This document shows positions 32,748-44,235 of a stretch of DNA of 64,000 bases, one piece after another. The DNA comes from Macrostomum hystrix (lineage: Eukaryota > Animalia > Platyhelminthes). The DNA lies in the NCBI GenBank assembly GCA_950097015.1, contig CATNEN010000001.1:1550001-1614000 (forward strand), read 5' to 3'. The notes beneath the pieces are model-generated. The model saw only the letters and a program-made list of their open reading frames with translations, ran no database searches and was not told the DNA's origin. A program made the position numbers and the translations under genes. Positions within the stretch are counted from its first letter, which is position 1; the number at the start of each line of letters is the position of its first letter.

Positions 32748-33668
32748 TCACCAGACAGAATTTCTTCGTCCCATTCGTCCCAAGGTAGCACCGGTTTGGT
32801 TCTCATTCTTGAGGTCCTTAGAGTCTTCTTCTAGTACAACGCTGCTTCGTCTTGAAGCCAACAGCTTCTTCTGGGAGCGCTGCTGCAGGCTGTATAGCTT
32901 TAGCTCCAGATTCTTGAGCTTTTCCTGCATTTTCTCCAGCCGAAAATCTTTGGAAGCTTCTCTGGCGAGAATATCGTCCAGGAGTTTCAACTTCTTCTTA
33001 AATCGATCCACTATGAGGCTCAGGTGCTCGTCAGTAGCCGACCTGTAGTGCTCATCCAGCTGCGACATCCTCGGTGTTGCCTGGCCACCAACACTCACTT
33101 TGTACTTGCACTCGCTCTGTCGCTCCGGACAAGTGCTCAGGTGCTCCACGAACTCCTGACGTTTCAGCATCCGGCTGGAGTCGCCACAGACCGGACAGGG
33201 TGCTCGCAGCTCCGAGCAGCAGTCGGAGGACTGCAGGTTCCTGTGGCTTTTGTCCATCTCGAGCTGAGCGACTCGCAATGAGCAGAGATCGCATGTGGTG
33301 AGCTGGAACTGGCACTCGTTGGCCAGGTGCGAGTGCAGGTGCTTCCACAGGACCTGCTTCTCACAGCCGGCCTCAGAGTTCGGACAATACACTTGCAGCT
33401 CCAGCACCTCTCTTCTGGTCGCCAGATCCGGGATGAAGTCTCTCGGGCTCACGAACAGCTTGAGAACCTCGGCCCCGTCTCTGCAAACGCCGTTGTAGCA
33501 CAGACAGAGTCGCTTGCTCTCAGGTAGAAATTCGCTGTTAACGCACCGCTGGCACAGGCGGCAGCCGTGTGGAGTCTGGAGGCCGTCGACAAGAGGCTGG
33601 GAGCAGCCGCTGCACCGCAGGTGCGGTTGCAGGGCATCGGGCTCCACCAGTCTTAAAGAAGCATGCAT
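32748..33668 (-). CDS. TRAF-like protein 3 (variant RING, TRAF zinc fingers, coiled coil, no MATH domain), intronless, 306 aa
   Basis: Close paralogue of 28150-29256: HLRC.GCSQ, QT.HGCRLCQRCV, PDL.TRRE.LEL.V.CPN, CGDSSRML.RQEFVEHLS.CPER. Confidence 0.85.
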   Translation of the reverse strand: MHASLRLVEPDALQPHLRCSGCSQPLVDGLQTPHGCRLCQRCVNSEFLPESKRLCLCYNGVCRDGAEVLKLFVSPRDFIPDLATRREVLELQVYCPNSEAGCEKQVLWKHLHSHLANECQFQLTTCDLCSLRVAQLEMDKSHRNLQSSDCCSELRAPCPVCGDSSRMLKRQEFVEHLSTCPERQSECKYKVSVGGQATPRMSQLDEHYRSATDEHLSLIVDRFKKKLKLLDDILAREASKDFRLEKMQEKLKNLELKLYSLQQRSQKKLLASRRSSVVLEEDSKDLKNENQTGATLGRMGRRNSVW

Positions 33669-33879
33669 GGCTTGCCAAATCTTTCAGCTGATGAAGCTGC
33701 TATTCTGCTAGTTTCTTGTCAATGTTGTGGAATATAGCCGTTTAACGAAGCTTTTATCTGCGTTTTCTATTTTTTTCTATCGTTTTCTGCGCTTTTTATA
33801 GCTCAAACATACTGAATTCATAAATTCAAGCTAATTTTAGATTAAACAAAAATAGAATTGCACTCTGATGAGCTCAAAT

Positions 33880-33917
33880 CAAGGACCACTATAGAAGACT
33901 TCTTCTAGTGGTCCTTG
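33880..33917. mobile_element. 38-bp hAT-type micro-MITE
   Basis: TIR CAAGGACCACTA / TAGTGGTCCTTG; 8-bp TSD GCTCAAAT (33872-33879) / GCTCGAAT (33918-33925). Confidence 0.7.
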
Positions 33918-34509
33918 GCTCGAATGTGCACGCAATTCCATTCCTGAGAATTTTGTTGAATTAGAAGAACCCTATGTGAGTGTAGTGCCATCTCAATGGA
34001 ACAGAATTCATACCTTACCCAGTTGAGCCAGTGGCTATTGCGCGACGCATTCAAAGGCTGCGTTTGGCTGTTCAGTCAGTGCATTGTGGAGGCCGACATT
34101 CCACGGACCACACCCACCCCAGTTTTTACCCCAGTTCAGAACGGCATTCTACTCACAGTAGTACGAATAGCTTTCATAGTTTGCAATAAAATGTCTCAGT
34201 ATTATGATCATCTAATATTCTGTAGTAATAATCTGTAGTAATAACTACCAGTAAGTCTTTCTTAAAACAGAGTATACTTTCAGCTTAAATAATTAGTTTG
34301 AACATCGACTCATCTGGGGGTTCAGAGAGTAATTTTTTTTCTAAATATTGACTTTGTGAAATTAGCAAGCAGTGATAATTTACATATTTCGAAGTTATGA
34401 TTTAATTGACTGTGATTTTATTCTCACTTTCTACTTTTGCTAATCTTTTAGGTGCATATTATGCTAATTCTAACTTCCTAACTTTATGTTATTACGGACG
34501 CTAACAAAT

Positions 34510-34978
34510 AAAGCGCTGCTGGTGGAGGGAGTTGGATTTCAGCCAATGAAGCACTGCGGATGGATGGAGATGGACGTCAGCCAATGAATCGCCGCCTCCT
34601 GGAGAGAGGGGGACGTCAGCCAATGAATCACCGCCTCCTGGAGGGAGGTGGATGTCAGCCAATGAATCGCCGCCTCCTGGAGGGAGGGGGACGTCAGCCA
34701 ATGAATCACCGCCTCCTGGAGGGAGGTGGATGTCAGCCAATGAATCGCCGCCTCCTGGAGGGAGGTAGACGTCAGCCAATGAAACGCTGCAGATGGAGGG
34801 AGGTGGATGTCAGCCAATGAATCGCCGCCTCCTGGAGGGAGGGGGACGTCAGCCAATGAATCACCGCCTCCTGGAGGGAGGTGGACGTCAGCCAATGAAT
34901 CGCCGCCTCCTAGAGGGAGGTAGACGTCAGCCAATGAAACGCTGCAGATGGAGGGAGATGGACGTCAGCCAATAAAGC
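34510..34978. repeat. 39-bp GC-rich minisatellite, each unit carrying GA(C/T)GTCAGCCAAT
   Basis: About 12 units of CAGCCAATGAATCGCCGCCTCCTGGAGGGAGGTGGACGT. Confidence 0.9.
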
Positions 34979-35076
34979 GTCCAAAAAATCAGTAAATGTG
35001 TCTTTTGGCTCTGTAGAGGACAATTTTGCCTGAATTTATTTCCGTTTCCAGCGCGGTAGACAATTACGATAATAAC

Positions 35077-35122
35077 TTGGCGCGAGAGGCAAACGCTTTA
35101 GACCGCTCTGCCACTCACCCCC
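35077..35122 (-). mobile_element. SINE family B head fragment
   Basis: Reverse complement GGGGGTGAGTGGCAGAGCGGTCTAAAGCGTTTGCCTCTCGCGCCAAG. Confidence 0.65.
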
Positions 35123-35570
35123 TGGACAAGTAAAGATACTTGACTATTGTGTAGTCAAACCACCGTGTCATTCATCCACGATTAATGACCGTTTTTCTAA
35201 TTAGTATTTAGCTGTTTCTACTCTTGAGTTTATAATACAAAGTAGGGGAAATTCTGTTGTTTGAAAACTACGATAGTTTAGTAGTTTAAGAAACTGTCTT
35301 CAATTAAACCTCTTTCCAGCCAGTTAGTTATAAGTGCTTCGTTTTCTATTCCGAGCAACTAGTTGTGACGAGTTAACCGTTAGAGAACGTTGTGCAATCA
35401 CTAATAATTATAACGTTAGTTTCCAAGCAAAGTTAAATTTATCTTTCAAAATCATATAACCATCGAATCTCTACAAAAGTGGGAGAATATCCTTAAAAAT
35501 TAGCGAATCTTAAAAAATCTGCGAAAATATGAAATTATCGACGAATCTTTAATTTATTAGGCGATTTTTA

Positions 35571-35862
35571 GTGAGTGGCGCAGAGCGACTAAAGCGTTTT
35601 ACTCTCGCACCAAGGTTCCTGAGTTCGATTCCACCGCGAGGCTACATTCGTTTGGGGCGCAGCCGCGGAGAGAAGGCTCGAGGGCTTGTCGTGAAATTCG
35701 CGCCCTTGAGGGCTAACCTCCAAGGCACAGTGAGAGTGTACACTGCCTGACGATGAGGAAGCCAAGGCAGGTGTTCACACACCCGTGTGACTTTGTGCCT
35801 GTGTACAGTATCTGTGTACGTGTGTGCTCAAGACGTGCTCTCCGCAGAATGAAGAAGAAGAA
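35571..35862 (+). mobile_element. Near full-length SINE family B with (GAA)n tail
   Basis: A box TGGCGCAGAGCG, B box GAGTTCGATTCC, body shared with other copies, ends GAAGAAGAAGAA. Confidence 0.8.
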
Positions 35863-36321
35863 AAATTGTCTCGCGGCTTCAAATGTCACCAATTAATATT
35901 CGCGCACCCACAGCCAGCCTTTCTGCAAATATGCTTTATTACAGTAAGCGTGTACCAAATTATCCTTCCCAATCGTTCCTTTTTCGGGAGGGCCTCGATT
36001 TTAAAGCATGTCCAGAAAAAAATTGAGCAAAGTATAAAGTGTAAGTCAGGGACAAGATCAAAGGAGTCGCGTGGTTTGGAGCGGATATCAAAGTGGCCGA
36101 TAGTTCATTAATTATGAAATATTCATCAATTTGAATTTTAAGTCACATTCTCGGAGCCCGACAAAGGGGTGCCCTAATGGTCTAATAATAAACTAGCGAG
36201 ATTAGTACAAGGATTGAGCCGAATTACGGATACGATAGGATCTTCTATTGCTTTTATCTGGTCAGAAGCATATTCTAATATCTTTTGCATTTCATGCGTA
36301 CTTAAGGCTACTTTCTCATTT

Positions 36322-37235
36322 CCGCTCTCTAATCTCATATCTCCGATCTCTACTCTCATATCTACCCTCTCTAATCTCAACTATCCGCTCTCTACTCTCA
36401 TATCTACCCTCTCTAATCTCATATCTCCGATCTCTACTCTCATATCTACCCTCTCTAATCTCATATCTCCGATCTCTACTCTCATATCTACCCTCTCTAA
36501 TCTCATATCTCCGATCTCTACTCTCATATCTACCCTCTCTAATCTCATATCTCCGATCTCTACTCTCATATCTACCCTCTCTAATCTCATATCTCCGATC
36601 TCTACTCTCAAATCTACCCTCTCTAATCTCATATCTCAGATCTCTACTCTCATATTTACCCTCTCTAATCTCAACTATCCGCTCTCTACTCTCATATCTC
36701 CGCTCTCTACTCTCAAATATCCGCTCTCTACTCTCATATCTCCGCTCTCTACTCTCATGTCTCCGCTCTCTACTCTCATATTTTCGCTCTCTACTCTCAT
36801 ATCTACCCTCTCTAATCCCATATATCCGATCTCTAATCTCACATCTCCGATCTCTAATCTCATATCTCCGATCTCTACTCTAATATCTACCCTCTCTAAT
36901 CTCATATCTTCGCTCTCTACTCTCATATCTCCGCTCTCTACTCTCATATCGCCGCTCTATACTCTCATATCTCCGCTCTCTACTCTCAAATATCCGCTCT
37001 CTACTCTCATATCTCCGCTCTCTACTCTCATATCTCCGCTCTCTACTCTCAAATATCCGCTCTCTACTCTCAAATATCCGCTCTCTACTCTCATATCTCC
37101 GCTCTCTACTCTCATATCTCCGCTCTCTATTCTCAAATATCCGCTCTCTACTCTCATATCTCCGCTCTCTACTCTCATATCTCCGCTCTCTACTCTCATA
37201 TCTCCGCTCTCTACTCTCAAATATCCGCTCTCTAC
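36322..37235. repeat. 21-bp minisatellite with a 42-bp dimer region
   Basis: Units CTCTCTACTCTCATATCTCCG and CTCTCTAATCTCATATCTACC-type variants; alternating in the 5' half, monomeric in the 3' half. Confidence 0.95.
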
Positions 37236-37627
37236 TGTTGAGTTTACACTCTGAAATGATATTCCATTCGTCTCAAATCATACTGCCACATTCATACTCG
37301 AAAATAATATTTAATAAGAATTGCACAACTGTAAACAGTATGCAAATGATGAGATATGACTGGCTATCATCATGTAAGTTAAAACAAGTATGCTTGCACA
37401 GAATCCACAAATACTTCTCTACCATCAGTTGAGTTCAATTTAGACAGCGAAGATCGTTAAGAATTTTTATCGGGAAAATTCAAATCAAACTGTAAATTGG
37501 CGAAACGAGAAAAACTTGGAATCTGTGCCAACGCGACTAACTAACTAGAATTGATATGTTACCAACTTGGCACTTTACATTCTTACTTTATTTTAGTGCA
37601 ACAGCAAGCAAGTTGTTTTTTACCCTA

Positions 37628-38210
37628 TCTCACCCTAGTCTCTCATCTCTCCTACCTCCTACCTCTCATCTCTCCTCTCTTCTCCCTCTCATCTCACCTC
37701 TCACCCTAGTCTCTCATCTCGCCCGTCTCTCATCTCACCCTAGTCTCGCATCTCACCCTAGTCTCTCATCTCACCTCTCACCCTAGTCTCTCATCTCGCC
37801 CGTCTCTCATCTCACCCTAGTCTCTCATCTCGCCCGTCTCTCATCTCACCCTAGTCTCTCATCTCACCATAGTCTCTCATCTCACCCTAGTCTCTCATCT
37901 CACCCTAGTCTCTCATCTCACCATAGTCTCTCATCTCACCCTAGTCTCTCATCTCACCCGTCTCTCATCTCACCCTAGTCTCTCATCTCGCCCGTCTCTC
38001 ATCTCACCTCTCACCCTAGTCTCTCATCTCGCCCGTCTCTCATCTCACCCTAGTCTCTCATCTCACCCTAGTCTCTCATCTCACCCTAGTCTCTCATCTC
38101 ACCCTAGTCATCTCACCCTAGTCATCTCAGCCTAGTCTCTCATCTCACCCTAGTCATCTCACCCTTGTCTCTCATCTCACCCTAGACATCTCAGCCTAGT
38201 CTGTCATCTC
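37628..38210. repeat. 18-bp minisatellite (TCTCACCCTAGTCTCTCA)n
   Basis: Tandem copies. Confidence 0.95.
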
Positions 38211-40365
38211 TCGTCTTCTGAAGTTAGATATTTCTATAAATTTCTTTCCTCGCTAGATATTTCTCCCCCGATTTCACACTCACAGAGAGGCCACGATAAA
38301 AGTACACGTCAGTTGCGTCCGATCCCACAAAATCTACTACGGCCCTAAAAGTCTGTTGCCTATTTTTCCCCACGAGTATGATATGATGAGTTGAGTGGAT
38401 CAACTTCATTGACAACCAGATGGCACTTATCAGCGCTGAGCTCAAACCAATTTCCTATACAGAAATGGTCAAGTGAAAATAGTTTTAGTAACAAATAAAT
38501 TGTCAAAAAAATTGAAACAGGCAAAGTAACGAAATAAATAATTAACGATATAAAAGTTTGGTAGAGCGAAAAACCTTCACCTTTTATAACGATGATAGCA
38601 AACAAGAAACAAATATAAAAATAATAATAAAAAAGTTTTTCCGCTCAACTAAATGTCAGAAAAGTAATGCTACAGTAATTTTATCTGTCATTCTGGTATC
38701 AAACATATACAAGTACATTCAGCATAGGGGGCAGTTTAATTTTAACAAATAACAAAAATTTTACCCCGCAATCAACTTTCGTCTGCTGCATCCGTAAAAA
38801 ATCATTTTTCAACTATTCCGGATGTCGCAGTTAAACTACGAGCTATTTTTTTCTTTTCTATAACTTTTGAAATTTGTGGCAATTTTATTTTTAGTTTGTA
38901 TAATTCGCTAGAACAACGACAATACTATTTTTTTACATTGAGTAAATTGACGCACACACACTTTTCATTTTTTAGTGTATTCTAGTTTATCCAACTATAC
39001 TAAATCTCTAAAGTCTGTCTGTCTGTCTGTCTGTGGAATTTCGATACACAGGCTAAATGCCTCAACCAAATTTGATCGCGTTTTTTGCTAAACATGCCAA
39101 ATTTTACTGGCATGAGACCTTGAAAATTTCGTTAGTCTGCTTCAATGCTAACAATATTAAATATTCGAAAAACGAGTTTTCCTATTGCTTTCAATAGGAG
39201 GCCAAACAAGGTTAAATTAGAATAGGGCCGGACACTGTCAGCTTTATTAGATTGCATCGGTGCTTTTTCTCGCCCGCGCGTGCATTGGTATAGCACTGAA
39301 CAGGGCCCGATACTCTCAATTGAATAGGATTGCGTCACTGCTTTTCGACCCGTACGTACGTTTATAAATTTGTCTCTTGGCTGATCGAGTGATTTGATTT
39401 AAATACGCAAACCGTACATAGCAGATTTCATGATTGGGCTTTTATGATGCTCAATGCTAGCGAGACCTCTCCTCCTCCTTTCTATCCATAAAACTGCAGC
39501 CTTTCTATTGTCAAACCTTGTCTCGACTTCGATCATTGTGCCGCTTTCTTTTCATCTAGCTCCGAAGTAAAGTACTTTAATGCTATTGTAGAATGCAGGT
39601 AGAATTTCAGCATCGGTTTTGTTACTGCTTCTTTTTCTTCTAATCTTCTAAACATCAGCAGTTAAAAACGTAAGTTCCTGTTTATTAGTATTTTTTGGGC
39701 ATTTTTGGGTTCGAGTATAAATACGAGTAAGTAAGTAAGCGATTTTGGTTAGCTACTGTCGAAGCAGATATTTGTTAGCTTTATTATTCCTGTACTCGCT
39801 TTCAGAAAATAGTATTCGTTTTCGAGTAAAGCAGCAAGTTTTATTCGATAATAAAACTTAGGAAATATTTTTTGTGCATAGCTGCAGGCGCTATCACAAT
39901 TGAGAACTGCAAGAAAAAAATATTGAGCGCAGCTAAGAGCGTAAATTATTTCCAATTTTTCTATTTTTTAGCATTGCTTTAAGCGTTATTCGATTAAAAA
40001 AATGGCTTATTTTATAATAATAATTATAAAACTTTATTCGACGAAGTCTGATCGAAACCGTTTTCTAAAGTGCTCAACGATTTTCTAAATGTGTCCAACG
40101 ATTTTCTAAATGTGTCCAACGATTTTCTAAATGTGTTTAACAGTTTTCTAAATGTATCTACCGTGCCACATGTAACAGGAGATGTAACAGGAGATATTTG
40201 TTGCCTTCTGGGCTGAGTAAAACGATGGACACATCGTTTCTATGCTATTTGGGGGCAATGGTTTCCTGTCAAAGAAAAAGGGCAAAAATTTCTTGCTGCG
40301 AGTTTGGTAGCCTGCAAGTAGCCTCCATTCTGGTATTATGGAGGTTCTCTTCTGTTTGAAGAACA

Positions 40366-40822
40366 TTAGTTCTCTGCTGCTGGGGGAATTAGTTCTCGGC
40401 TGCTGGGGGAATTGGTTCTCTGTTGCTCGGGGAATTAGTTCTCTGTTGCTGGGGAAATTAGTTCTCTGCTGCTGGGGAAATTAGTTCTCTGCTGCTGGGG
40501 AAATTAGTTCTCATGGCAAAACCAGCGTTTGAATCATGGCTAAACTAGAGTTTGAATCATAGTTAAACCAGAGTCTGAATCATTCTAAGCCAGAGTCTGA
40601 ATCATGGCTAAACCAGAGCTTAAATCATGGCTAAACCAGAGTCTGAATCATGGCTAAATTTACGTTTGAATCATGGCAAAACCAGAGTTTGAATAATGGC
40701 TAAACAAGAGTTTGAATCATGGCTAAACCAGCGTTTGAATCATGGCCAACCAGCGTCTGAATCATGGCTAAACCAGAGTTTATATCATGGCTAAACCAGA
40801 GTTTGAATCAAAGATAAACCAG
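40366..40822. repeat. Two adjacent ~23-bp arrays: (TAGTTCTCTGCTGCTGGGGRAAT)n then (CATGGCTAAACCAGAGTTTGAAT)n
   Basis: Tandem copies inside the putative Helitron. Confidence 0.9.
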
Positions 40823-42040
40823 AACTGGGGGATAATCGTCAACTGTGGGATAATTGTAAACTGGGGAATCATCATCAAATGGGGATCATGGTCAACTGGG
40901 AGATCATTGTCAACTGGGTGATCATCATCAACTGGGGGATCATTGTCAACTAGGGGGTAATAGCCAACTGGGGTAACATTGTCAACTGGGGATCATCATC
41001 AATGGGGGATCATAGTCAACTGGGAGATAATTGTCAACTGGGTGATCATCATCAACTGGGGGATCATTGTAACCTGGGGGATCAATGTCAACTGGGGGAT
41101 CATTGTCAACTGGGTGATTATCTTCAACTGGTGGATCATTGTCAACTGTGGGATCATTGTCAACTGGGGGATCATTGTCAACTGGTGGATCATTATCAAC
41201 TGGGGGATCATTGTCAACTGTGGGATCATTGTCAACTTGGGGAACATTGTCAACTGGGGGATCATCATCAACTGGGGGATCATTGTCAACTGGGGAATCA
41301 TTGTCGACTGGGGGACCATTGTCAACTGGGGGATCATTGTCCCAGATCATTGTCAACTGGGGGATCATTGTCAACTGGGGGATCATTGTCAACTGGGGGA
41401 TCATCATCAACTGGGAATCATTGTCGACTAGGGGGTAATAGCCAACTGGGGTAACATTGTCAACTGGGGATCATCATCAAATGGGGATCATGGTCAACTG
41501 GGAGATCATTGTCAACTGGGTGATCATCATCAACTGGGGGATCATTGTCAACTAGGGGGTAATAGCCAACTGGGGTAACATTGTCAACTGGGGATCATCA
41601 TCAATGGGGGATCATAGTCAACTGGGAGATAATTGTCAACTGGGTGATCATCATCAACTGGGGGATCATTGTAACCTGGGGGATCAATGTCAACTGGGGG
41701 ATCATTGTCAACTGGGTGATTATCTTCAACTGGTGGATCATTGTCAACTGTGGGATCATTGTCAACTGGGGGATCATTGTCAACTGGTGGATCATTATCA
41801 ACTGGGGGATCATTGTCAACTGGGGGATCATTGTCAACTGGGGAATCATTGTCGACTGGGGGACCATTGTCAACTGGGGGATCATTGTCCCAGATCATTG
41901 TCAACTGGGGGATCATTGTCAACTGGGGGATCATTGTCAACTGGGGGATCATCATCAACTGGGAATCATTGTCGACTGAGGGACCATTGTCAACCGGGGG
42001 ATCATTATCAACTGGGGGATCATTGTCAACTGATCATTGT
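40823..42040. repeat. 18-bp minisatellite (CAACTGGGGGATCATTGT)n with a ~600-bp block duplication
   Basis: The variant series repeats at offset 602 (40979 vs 41581). Confidence 0.95.
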
Positions 42041-42227
42041 AGCGTAAAAAAGGCTAAAAATACAGCTGCTAAAAAGTGTATACTGGACGAATTAAAAATA
42101 TTTCTGCTCCCCGAAGGGGGGCAAAACTTGCTAGTATAAAGTACTATATGTGTACTTTATTGACCAATGTGCGATAAAATACTTACACATTTTGTATTAT
42201 GTTCGATGATATTATGTAAGGTATTAT

Positions 42228-43272
42228 GTTAGACATGCAGGGTCTTACCTGTTAGACATGCAGGTTCTTACCTGTTAGACATGCAGGGTCTTACCTGTTA
42301 GACATGCAGGGTCTTACCTGTTAGACATGCAGGGTCTTACCTGTTAGACATGCAGGTTCTTTCCTGTTAGACATGCAGGTTCTTACCTGTTAGACATGCA
42401 GGGTCTTACCTGTTAGACATGCAGGTTCTTACCTGTTAGACATGCAGGTTCTTACCTGTTAGACATGCAGGGTCTTACCTGTTAGACATGCAGGTTCTTA
42501 CCTGTTAGACATGCAGGGTCTTACCTGTTAGACATGCAGGTTCTTACCTGTTAGACATGCAGGGTCTTACCTGTTAGACATGCAGGTTCTTACCTGTTAG
42601 ACATGCAGGTTCTTACCTGTTAGACATGCAGGGTCTTACCTGTTAGACATGGAGGGTCTTACCTGTTAGACATGAATTATCTGACCTGTTAGGCATGAAC
42701 TAGCTAACCTGTTAGACATGAGCTATCTAACCTGTTTGGCATGAATTATCTGACCTGTTAGACATGAATTATCTAACCTGTTAGGCATGAATTATCTGAC
42801 CTGTTAGACATGAATTATCTAACCTGTTTGGCAAGAATTATCTGACCTGTTAGACATGAATTATCTAACCTGTTTGGCAAGAATTATCTGACCTGTTAGA
42901 CATGAATTATCTAACCTGTTTGGCAAGAATTATCTGACCTGTTAGACATGAATTATCTAACCTGTTTGGCATGAATTATCTGACCTGTTAGACATGAATT
43001 ATCTAACCTGTTAGGCATGAATTATCTGACCTGTTAGACATGAATTATCTAACCTGTTTGGCAAGAATTATCTGACCTGTTAGACATGAATTATCTAACC
43101 TGTTTGGCATGAATTATCTGACCTGTTAGACATGAATTATCTAACCTGTTTGGCAAGAATTATCTAACCTGTTAGACATGAGTTATCTAACCTGTTAGGC
43201 ATGAATTATCTAACCTGTTAGACATGAGGTATCTTACATGTTAGGCATGAATTATCTAACCTGTTAGACATG
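42228..43272. repeat. 23-bp minisatellite in two sub-arrays: CCTGTTAGACATGCAGGKTCTTA then CCTGTTAGACATGAATTATCTRA
   Basis: Shared 13-nt core with an abrupt switch at ~42675. Confidence 0.95.
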
Positions 43273-44067
43273 AAGTGTGTTACCTAATAATGGTGGTAGA
43301 CGCAAGATCGTTAAAAATGTTTATTCTGTACCCAAGGAAATGACAAAAATGCAGGTTCTTTATTTCGTTAACTTTTGCGGTTTAACAAAGTAACGATACA
43401 ACGTTAATTTTATGAAGATCATGGCCCGCTCATCATTTATTTTATGATGAACAAATAACTAACGGAATGAAAGTAACGAAAAATATTTCTTTCAATTGAA
43501 AGACACTATTGTCTTACTGCAATGACCTTCATGTACCTTTTAAAAAGCATCTGGACATCTGGAACTCTCTGATCTTTGAGATCTACGGCAAATTCCGCTA
43601 AAAATTACCCGCTTTCAATTAGAATGGCAAATTCAATTTCACACTCAATCTGAGCTGTAATCCACAGAAGCTTTTTTTCACTTTCTCTCCAATAATTAAT
43701 GGACAGAATCAGCTGTCTTTCATAATGCTTCTTCAGCTGTCAGTGTCTCATCCAACCCTATCTACCTACCCCCTGCTGACCTGCATTTGTGTTAGACTCA
43801 AATTACAAGCAGTCTAGCCCGAGAACCAACTCAATCCGTTTATCACTGTGCACGTATGTATTAAAAGACTGTGAAGAAAGATATTTCTTCACATGAATAA
43901 CTTTTCTCTACTAATTGTTCTAACTAAAAGAGAGGATTTTTACTAATATTTATTACTGCCAAACGTAATAAATGTGTCTTTTAACGATTCTACCAGAAAG
44001 TAAAGAATAGTAAAATAACGAACCATAAAGTAACGGGTAAAATTAGCGGGTGCAAAAAAAACTGATT

Positions 44068-44182
44068 TTAGTTAGTTAGTTAGTTAGTTAGTTACTTAGT
44101 TTCTTAATTAGTTAGTTAGTTCGTTAGTTAGTTAGTTCGTTAGTTAGTTAGTTAGTTAGTTACTTAATTAGTTAGTTAGTTC

Positions 44183-44213
<31 letters not shown>

Positions 44214-44235
44214 GGTTAGTTAATTCGTTAGTTAG
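44068..44235. repeat. (GTTA)n microsatellite
   Basis: Direct reading. Confidence 0.95.

Larger units (their letters stand above)
38990..42134 (+). mobile_element. Non-autonomous Helitron (~3.1 kb) carrying minisatellite arrays
   Basis: 5' A|TC-CAACTATACTAAATCTCTAAAG followed by (GTCT)n; 3' hairpin GCTCCCCGAAGGGGGGC, 8-nt spacer, CTAG|T. The 3' ~95 bp is repeated at ~63850-63941. Pairing of this 5' end with this 3' end is inferred. Confidence 0.7.

Noticed and set aside
22647-33711. Antisense and alternative-frame ORFs over ANAPC2 and the TRAF-like genes
   Set aside because: Shadows of GC-rich coding sequence with no recognisable motifs.
33854-33938. Hammerhead-like CTGATGA...GAA inside the GAATTGC/GCAATTC stem
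   Set aside because: The apparent long stem II is the micro-MITE; without it the core reads GAAT rather than GAAA and there is no proper NUH site.
35571-35645. Functional tRNA gene (also 27495 and 47790)
   Set aside because: Acceptor and anticodon stems do not pair properly, and the sequence continues into a shared SINE body.
35740-35775. CTGACGA in the SINE body as a hammerhead core
   Set aside because: No downstream GAAA or stem III, and it is not conserved in sister copies.
36214-42139. Long repetitive ORFs (ISTLSNL, GDHCQL, VDNDPP)
   Set aside because: Open in several frames on both strands because the unit length is a multiple of 3; no non-repeat coding context.
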